NCBI GenBank assembly: GCA_964625865.1
Contig: CAZVEV010000002.1
Coordinates: forward strand, 1-61,029
DNA: 61,029 nucleotides
From: an uncultured Planctomycetaceae bacterium
GTDB lineage: Bacteria; Planctomycetota; Phycisphaerae; SM23-33
Direction of reading: 5' to 3'
This document shows positions 55,915-61,029 of this stretch, piece by piece. The notes beneath the pieces were generated by a model. That model was not told where the DNA came from and searched no databases. It was given only the letters and a program-made list of their open reading frames with translations. The translations under genes were made by a program, and so were the position numbers. Position 1 is the first letter of the stretch. Each line of letters begins with the position of its first letter.

Positions 55915-56658
55915 CTACCGCTTCCGCGTTCGTCGCAGCCCCAGCAGGCCAACGGCGGCCAGGGCGAGGGTGGTCGGTTCGGGAACCTCGGTGGCCAGCC
56001 GAACTTCGCCCAGACCGTAACGGTCGCCGCCACCAGTGATACCGGGTTGACCCAAGTAGTTGTTGTCAATGCGAACAGCGACATACTGAGCTGTTTGCGA
56101 CGAGCCGAAACTAAAGAACTGGGCATAGTTGGCAGAAGCAACATTACCGGGAATATCGTCCATCGTACCGGACAGGTCTGCCGTTTCTGTGCCAAAATCA
56201 AATGAGTTCCCTTCAGCGTTTGTGTGCAGGATTACGCGAAAATCACGGGTATGATTTCCATGATCGGTGGTGAGGGGTCCACCGTTGTTGCCATACTGCC
56301 ACAGGATAATCGATCCCACCGCAGTGTCCGCTCCAAGATCAAAGACAAACTCTGGATTTCCTGATCCCGTCCCGCGCGTCCATGACTCAGCGTGACCGTC
56401 GCCGCTTAGTTCGGCGACCGTGTTCATCGTGTTGGCCAAAGACTCACCGGTATTCAGGGCAACGCCAGTCCCGGCAGGCCGTTGAAGGCTGGCGGCGGCG
56501 AAACCGGCATTGTCATCCAACAAATACAAGTGGCTTGAGCCGGCATCGCCGGTGATGTCAGTGGTCACCGATGATGGTTTGATGATGGCAGCGGAAGCCA
56601 TGCCAACGTGGACGACTGCGATTGCAACGATTGCACAAATGATGGTTCGCTGTTTCAT
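55915..56658 (-). CDS. PEP-CTERM-anchored secreted protein (galactose-binding/discoidin-like domain?)
   Basis: Signal peptide MKQRTIICAIVAIAVVHVGMASA. C-terminal VPEPTTLALAAVGLLGLRRTRKR. Confidence 0.75.
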   Translation of the reverse strand: MKQRTIICAIVAIAVVHVGMASAAIIKPSSVTTDITGDAGSSHLYLLDDNAGFAAASLQRPAGTGVALNTGESLANTMNTVAELSGDGHAESWTRGTGSGNPEFVFDLGADTAVGSIILWQYGNNGGPLTTDHGNHTRDFRVILHTNAEGNSFDFGTETADLSGTMDDIPGNVASANYAQFFSFGSSQTAQYVAVRIDNNYLGQPGITGGGDRYGLGEVRLATEVPEPTTLALAAVGLLGLRRTRKR

Positions 56659-56912
56659 TTGATTTCCTCCTGACTGATAGGAGATCTGATTCCGCGTGAC
56701 GGTGCGTCGGTGGCCCCTTCGACCTTGCTCGCTTCGACAGGCTCAGGGTCTGACGACAGGGTAAACCGAGGGTGAGGCGTTTGGACAAAGGCCGAGCATT
56801 CGATGCTCGCGTAATCCTCTGTGCCCGTGGCTCTCAGCACGTGACCCATCCGTTTGGCTCGCCTCGCGAATCTGTTGACGCCCAGGGAACATCCCTGAGC
56901 CGACTCGAAGGT

Positions 56913-56941
56913 AACCTACCACACTAGCCCGGCCGGGTCAA
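56913..56941 (-). promoter_or_regulatory. sigma70-type promoter TTGACC-N17-TAGGTT
   Basis: On the minus strand, -35 is at 56941-56936 and -10 at 56918-56913. The architecture is conserved with 57893-57921. It implies a ~250-nt leader. Confidence 0.5.
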
Positions 56942-57018
56942 GGGCCAACCTGAAGAAAAACGACGCCGTTCGGTTCAGCCATTGGGTCGTTGTCTTGCCC
57001 GCAGTCGAGCCGGTCCAT

Positions 57019-57051
57019 TGAAAAAGCCCCACCGGGCGAACCGGCGGGGCT
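57019..57051 (-). terminator. rho-independent terminator of the PEP-CTERM gene 57079-57720
   Basis: Same hairpin as 55855-55887 with one A-C mismatch, followed by TTTTTC. Confidence 0.7.
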
Positions 57052-57078
57052 TGGTATGCGTGCTGATTCCGGATCGGA

Positions 57079-57720
57079 TTACCGTCTTCGCCTTCGCAGC
57101 AGCCCCAGCAGGCCGACCGCGGCCAGGGCGAGGGTGGCCGGTTCAGGCGTTGGCGTGCCGATCACATCGACCTCACGCCAGACGTTCCCGTTGCCTATCG
57201 TCGAGTGATCGAGACGAAGGGCATCGACTCCCGTTCCGATGAGCCCGCCGCCGTTATCGAACAGATGAGACTCTGCGAAGATGCCACTGACGACCCCAGT
57301 GCTCACCGGCCCGCCGGTGATGGTCACCGACGTCCATGACGGATCGCCCACGAAGCTGATTTCCAATGCGTACTGGTGTCCCGCCCGGTTATCGTTCCAT
57401 CCCGAATAGACGTCGATCTGCTGGATGTCGTACCCCAGCGTGTTCGTGCTGACATCGAGGAAGTACTCGAGCGCGTCCCCGCTGATAATCCCGCTATGCA
57501 CATTGGCCCCCCAGTTACCCTGGCTCACGTCACCGTCGACGTCCCAGTCGGTCGGGGCGTTGTCATTTCCGGCGCCTTTCGAGGCCAGAGACATCTGCAG
57601 CAGGTCCGTCGTCGACGCTGTCGGCTCGGTGGTGCTCGTTGAGGTGGTGTAAACGATCGCGGCCTGTGCGGTCGTGCCCACCAGGCCCAGTGCCAGTAGT
57701 GTGACAATCATGGTTCGCAT
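57079..57720 (-). CDS. PEP-CTERM-anchored secreted protein
   Basis: Trimmed to MRTMIVTLLALGLVGTTAQA. C-terminal TPEPATLALAAVGLLGLLRRRRR. Confidence 0.75.
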   Translation of the reverse strand: MRTMIVTLLALGLVGTTAQAAIVYTTSTSTTEPTASTTDLLQMSLASKGAGNDNAPTDWDVDGDVSQGNWGANVHSGIISGDALEYFLDVSTNTLGYDIQQIDVYSGWNDNRAGHQYALEISFVGDPSWTSVTITGGPVSTGVVSGIFAESHLFDNGGGLIGTGVDALRLDHSTIGNGNVWREVDVIGTPTPEPATLALAAVGLLGLLRRRRR

Positions 57721-57892
57721 CTTGAAACTCCTGCGGTGATGGAGAAGCCGCCAAAGCTCACCCATCTGCAACGATTCCTCGTAACCGTTCAGGCGAAGTG
57801 TCCGGCCGGTCTTTGTTCCTCACTCGGCTGCAAAAGGCATCCACTCTACCTCGCCAGGCTCTGTTGGTCCCGGTGACCAACTCTTATCAGAA

Positions 57893-57921
57893 ACCTTACC
57901 ACACGCCCCCGTCCAGGTCAA
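57893..57921 (-). promoter_or_regulatory. sigma70-type promoter TTGACC-N17-TAAGGT
   Basis: On the minus strand, -35 is at 57921-57916 and -10 at 57898-57893. Confidence 0.5.
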
Positions 57922-58029
57922 GAGCGTTTTCTTTGAAAGAGCACCTTCGTTCGGTTCGGTCACCGGCTTGACATCTTGTCCGCGTACTCCGCCGCCGCCG
58001 AGAAACGGTCCGCCGCTGCGGATGGTCGT

Positions 58030-58224
58030 ATGCCGTTCCGCATCTTCCCGTTCGCCAGTGGCGGAAGTACCTCGGATGCATCAGGAAGACCGGTCACCGA
58101 GCGTCAGAGAACCGGTCACCGCTTTGGGCGTCGAGACAAAGAAAAAGCCTCCAAGCTCTCGTTCTTGAAGGCCTTATCTCACTACGCCCGACAGGATTCG
58201 AACCTGCAACTTCTTGCTCCGGAG
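58030..58224. repeat. 195-bp perfect direct repeat, copy 1 (contains the displaced 3' half of tRNA-Arg)
   Basis: By eye it is identical base for base to 58871-59065 (offset 841). Confidence 0.85.
58183..58224 (-). pseudogene. partial tRNA-Arg(CCG): anticodon loop to 3' end only
   Basis: The minus strand reads CTCCGGAGCAAGAAGTTGCAGGTTCGAATCCTGTCGGGCGTA. Sequence 5' of the anticodon loop is unrelated to a tRNA. Confidence 0.8.
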
Positions 58225-58870
58225 AGAACCCAGCGGTCACTTTCATACCTGCAACTTGTGCTGATAACACCTTCTTTTCACGGATGTTATGAGAAGACAA
58301 GAGGCGAAAGCTGAGTGTCCAATTGTTGTACAGTTTGGAACCGTTTGGAACGAAAACCGGTCACCAAACCGGTCACCGATCAAGGGCTGTTTTTCTTCTT
58401 GGCGACCCATGTGAAGTACAATCTTCTCTTGCCCCGAGCCAACTGGCTGATGTAGGATTTCTGAGAACGCCCCACGACGGTTAGCGTTGAGAGAACTCCG
58501 ACGGTGCCTGTCCTCGACAGGTTCCGCAGGCGTTTTCACGGGTTTTCGGCAAATGGGTGCCGAGAGTATGACTCCGAGAAGAAGCATCAGCCCCAAACAT
58601 CAGAGAATCATCGATCTCCTGACCGCCGAGGATCTGACGGTCCGTCAGGCCGCTGAACGGCTCGGCATGTCAACCAGTTCAGTCTACTACGCCTGTAACA
58701 AGTACAAGCTCAAGTACCGTAATGCTCCCAGCAGGAATCGGATTCCGGAGTTGGTGGATCGAGAATGGTTGTATCAGAAGGTTGCGGTCGAGGGGCTGAA
58801 CTACAAGGAGATTGGGGATCTGATGGGTTGCTCTCGCCAGTACGTCCACCAGAAGGTCAACGAGTTCGGC
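58225..58870. mobile_element. 646-bp AT-richer insert between the att-like repeats (remnant or miniature integrative element)
   Basis: Bounded by the 195-bp repeats. Its composition is visibly less GC-rich than the surroundings. It carries an HTH ORF and AACCGGTCACC motifs. No integrase is present. Confidence 0.6.
58568..58870 (+). pseudogene. double helix-turn-helix ORF, apparently 3'-truncated
   Basis: MTPRRSISPKHQRIIDLLTAEDLTVRQAAERLGMSTSSVYYACNKY...LNYKEIGDLMGCSRQYVHQKVNEFG. The frame has no stop inside the insert and runs on through the repeat, antisense to the tRNA, until 59350. Confidence 0.4.
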
Positions 58871-59065
58871 ATGCCGTTCCGCATCTTCCCGTTCGCCAGT
58901 GGCGGAAGTACCTCGGATGCATCAGGAAGACCGGTCACCGAGCGTCAGAGAACCGGTCACCGCTTTGGGCGTCGAGACAAAGAAAAAGCCTCCAAGCTCT
59001 CGTTCTTGAAGGCCTTATCTCACTACGCCCGACAGGATTCGAACCTGCAACTTCTTGCTCCGGAG
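58871..59065. repeat. 195-bp perfect direct repeat, copy 2 (part of the intact tRNA-Arg plus 153 bp downstream flank)
   Basis: Identical to 58030-58224. Confidence 0.85.
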
Positions 59066-59096
59066 GCAAGCACTCTATCCATTGAGCTACGGGCGC
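59024..59096 (-). tRNA. tRNA-Arg (anticodon CCG)
   Basis: The minus strand reads GCGCCCGTAGCTCAATGGATAGAGTGCTTGCCTCCGGAGCAAGAAGTTGCAGGTTCGAATCCTGTCGGGCGTA. It folds as a cloverleaf with a 7-bp acceptor stem, GTTCGAATC T-loop and anticodon loop CTCCGGA. CCA is not encoded. Confidence 0.85.
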
Positions 59097-59100
59097 TTTC

Positions 59101-59133
59101 GATTGCGGAATTCGGATTGCGGATTGCGGATTT
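59101..59133. repeat. family G low-complexity repeat
   Basis: GATTGCGGAATTCGGATTGCGGATTGCGGATTT lies immediately 5' of the tRNA gene. Confidence 0.55.
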
Positions 59134-59252
59134 GCGCCGCGCGGGCAATCCATGTCCCACGGGAGGCATTGTCGCGGGCGAGAGAGGCAGTGTCAAGAGG
59201 AATCGGGACAGGGTGAATGTCGGGCGTTGCTTTCCTGTGCGCGCCAGGGCGG

Positions 59253-59339
59253 AGCCGCGGCGTATCGCCGCGGTGCCGTTTGTCCTACGTATGAATACCG
59301 TGCTCGAAGGCAACGGCACGGCGGCGATACGCCGCGGCT
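59253..59339. repeat. long hairpin (28-bp stem, 1 mismatch, ~31-nt loop), family J
   Basis: AGCCGCGGCGTATCGCCGCGGTGCCGTT (59253-59280) pairs with AACGGCACGGCGGCGATACGCCGCGGCT (59312-59339). Confidence 0.65.
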
Positions 59340-59360
59340 TCGCCCTGTGACGCGACGGAC

Positions 59361-59389
59361 GTTCGACCTTCGACCTTGGACTTTCGACC
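59361..59389. repeat. family F repeat
   Basis: GTTCGACCTTCGACCTTGGACTTTCGACC. Confidence 0.55.
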
Positions 59390-59510
59390 TGCCTGTCCAA
59401 GCAGACTGGAAAACGCCGATGCCTTGCCGTAGGGTATGTCGCGCCGGAGAGAGGGCGGGCAGCGCGGCGACGATAGGACTGAGCGGGCGGAACAGATAAG
59501 GAACGGACAG

Positions 59511-60911
59511 ATGGTGCAGTTGTTCTGGAAGAACGCGACGAGCAAGGTTGTGGGCGATCAGCACGGGATTACGCGGGCGGACCTGGCGGGCATTGACCCG
59601 CTGATCCGCCAGGCCCACGCCAAGGTGCGGTCGCAGATCGCCGCCGGGCTGCTCGGTTACGCGGCCCTGCCGGACAACACCGACTATCGAGCGCAGGTCC
59701 AGGCGCTGGTGGCGCGGTATAAAGGCAACACCACGGACATGCTGGTGCTCGGCATCGGGGGCAGCGCGCTGGGCAACGTCGCGCTGCAGGCGGCGCTGAA
59801 GCCGGCCACGTACAACCTGCTGACCGAGCGCAAGCGCGGCGGGCCTCGCCTGTTCGTGCTCGACAACGTCGATCCGGCGCTGGTCAACGACACGCTGAAG
59901 CTCATCGGGCGGCGGGCCAAGACGCTCCTGGTCAACGTGATCTCCAAGAGCGGCGAGACGGCCGAGACCGCCAGCCAGTTCATGATCGTCCGCGAACTGC
60001 TCCGCAAGAAGCTCGGGGCGGCCTTCGCACAGCGGATCGTCGCGACGACGGACATGGCCAAGGGCACGCTTCACGAGATCGCCCAGGCCGACGGCTACGC
60101 CATGCTCCCCGTGCCCGACGACGTCGGCGGGCGGTTCAGCGTCCTGACGCCCGTGGGACTGTTCAGCGCCGCGATGTGCGGGATCGACATCGACGCGATC
60201 CTCGCCGGGGCGGCCTCGATGGCCCGGCGGTGTGCGGAGGTCAGTTGGCAGGACAATCCGGCGACGATGCTCGCGGTGATCAAGTACCTCGCGTACGTGG
60301 CCAAGGGCAAGCCGATGCACGTGATGATGCCGTATTCCAACCGCCTGTACATGCTCGCCGACTGGTATCGTCAACTGTGGGCCGAGTCGCTGGGCAAGGC
60401 GGCCACGCGCGACGGGCAGGAGGTCCACACCGGCCCGACGCCGATCAAGGCCCTGGGGGCGACCGACCAGCACAGCCAGGTCCAACTGTACCGCGAGGGG
60501 CCCAACGACAAGCTGACGGCCTTCCTCGAGGTCAAGAAGCACCCCGCCGACGTCCGCGTGCCCGACGCGTTCGGCGACCGTGCGGGGCTGTCATACCTCC
60601 GCGGAACGAAGCTGAGCAAGCTCCTGAACGCCGAGAAGATCGCCACCGAGTACGCGATGGCTGTCTCGCAGCGGCCGACCGTGACGCTGAAATTCGACGC
60701 GATCACGCCCGAGTCGGTGGGCGAATTCATCTTCCTCTACGAGTACACCACCTCGCTGATGGGCGAGATGCTCAACATCAACGCGTACGATCAGCCGGCG
60801 GTGGAACTCGGCAAGAAGGCGACGTTCGCCCTGATGGGCCGCGAAGGCTACGCCGACATGGCCCAGCAGATCAAACCGTTCACGCGGGCGTCCAAGCGGC
60901 ACCTGGTGTGA
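59511..60911 (+). CDS. pgi: glucose-6-phosphate isomerase
   Basis: Trimmed to the ATG at 59511, preceded by AAGGAACGG. LGIGGSALG, SKSGETAET and GGRFSVL motifs. Confidence 0.9.
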   Translation: MVQLFWKNATSKVVGDQHGITRADLAGIDPLIRQAHAKVRSQIAAGLLGYAALPDNTDYRAQVQALVARYKGNTTDMLVLGIGGSALGNVALQAALKPATYNLLTERKRGGPRLFVLDNVDPALVNDTLKLIGRRAKTLLVNVISKSGETAETASQFMIVRELLRKKLGAAFAQRIVATTDMAKGTLHEIAQADGYAMLPVPDDVGGRFSVLTPVGLFSAAMCGIDIDAILAGAASMARRCAEVSWQDNPATMLAVIKYLAYVAKGKPMHVMMPYSNRLYMLADWYRQLWAESLGKAATRDGQEVHTGPTPIKALGATDQHSQVQLYREGPNDKLTAFLEVKKHPADVRVPDAFGDRAGLSYLRGTKLSKLLNAEKIATEYAMAVSQRPTVTLKFDAITPESVGEFIFLYEYTTSLMGEMLNINAYDQPAVELGKKATFALMGREGYADMAQQIKPFTRASKRHLV

Positions 60912-60933
60912 TGTCTCCCGACGTGCGTCGGGA

Positions 60934-60963
60934 GAGTCGAAGGTCAAAGGTCGAAGGTTCACA
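60934..60963. repeat. family F repeat
   Basis: GAGTCGAAGGTCAAAGGTCGAAGGTTCAC, preceded by a small hairpin CTCCCGAC-GTGC-GTCGGGAG right after the pgi stop. Confidence 0.55.
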
Positions 60964-60968
60964 GGGCC

Positions 60969-61005
60969 GGTGCCGTGGGCTGCGGAGCGCGGCGGAGCAA
61001 CCACG
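60969..61005 (+). repeat. family D repeat
   Basis: GGTGCCGTGGGCTGCGGAGCGCGGCGGAGCAACCACG is almost identical to 27076-27113. Confidence 0.7.
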
Positions 61006-61029
61006 CGGAGCCCTGCCACATGCCGCGTG

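Noticed and set aside
55595-56020. An ORF in the 490-nt gap between the PilNOP-like gene and the PEP-CTERM gene.
   Set aside because: It has no protein-like composition or motifs. It runs across the terminator hairpin and into the antisense of the PEP-CTERM gene.
58487-59350. The 287-aa ORF could be a genuine full-length gene, and so could ORF 57976-58314.
   Set aside because: Beyond 58870 the frame runs through the 195-bp repeat, antisense across tRNA-Arg, and through further repeats. Only the insert-encoded HTH portion looks protein-like. ORF 57976-58314 is the same repeat-derived frame.
57721-59510. A complete prophage or genomic island at tRNA-Arg.
   Set aside because: The att-like repeats enclose only 646 bp. 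No integrase, excisionase of recognisable family, or structural genes occur on either side. The neighbouring genes are PEP-CTERM proteins and pgi.

Overview
This is a high-GC bacterial chromosomal segment. Four PEP-CTERM-anchored proteins, several Gfo/Idh/MocA oxidoreductases, sialidase/esterase genes and lipoproteins suggest a PVC-group organism (Planctomycetota/Phycisphaerae-like); that placement is inference only. I call about 50 CDS, mostly housekeeping: rsgA, plsY, an LPS-core glycosyltransferase/kinase operon, a purS-purS-purL fusion, purQ, proC, P5C dehydrogenase, nfo, uvrA, tsaE, thiL, argH, rnc, def and pgi. There is one tRNA-Arg(CCG). Most long ORFs in the track are antisense or out-of-frame GC artefacts, and many real genes needed their starts trimmed. 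Three things stand out. (1) A RAYT/IS200-like HUH transposase gene (40762-41367) is bracketed by two ~180-200 bp REPIN-like composite hairpins that contain short tandem arrays. (2) Almost every intergenic region holds one of at least 10 unrelated families of palindromic REP/MITE-like repeats, and some show compensatory stem changes. (3) tRNA-Arg(CCG) is followed by a perfect 195-bp direct repeat starting exactly at the anticodon loop. The repeats flank an AT-richer 646-bp insert with a truncated double-HTH ORF and clustered AACCGGTCACC motifs, which looks like a decayed or miniature integrative element. Secondary observations are a PilN-PilO-PilP-like fusion lipoprotein, an Nramp-fold transporter lacking the metal-binding motifs, Lys/Ala-rich N-terminal tails on UvrA and ArgH, a cysteine-less YgiT-type partner of a DUF4258 toxin, and duplicated PEP-CTERM gene cassettes. 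No CRISPR array, rRNA, integrase or obvious defence operon was seen. All functional calls come from motif recognition by eye, not from searches. Non-ORF coordinates are accurate to a few nt.
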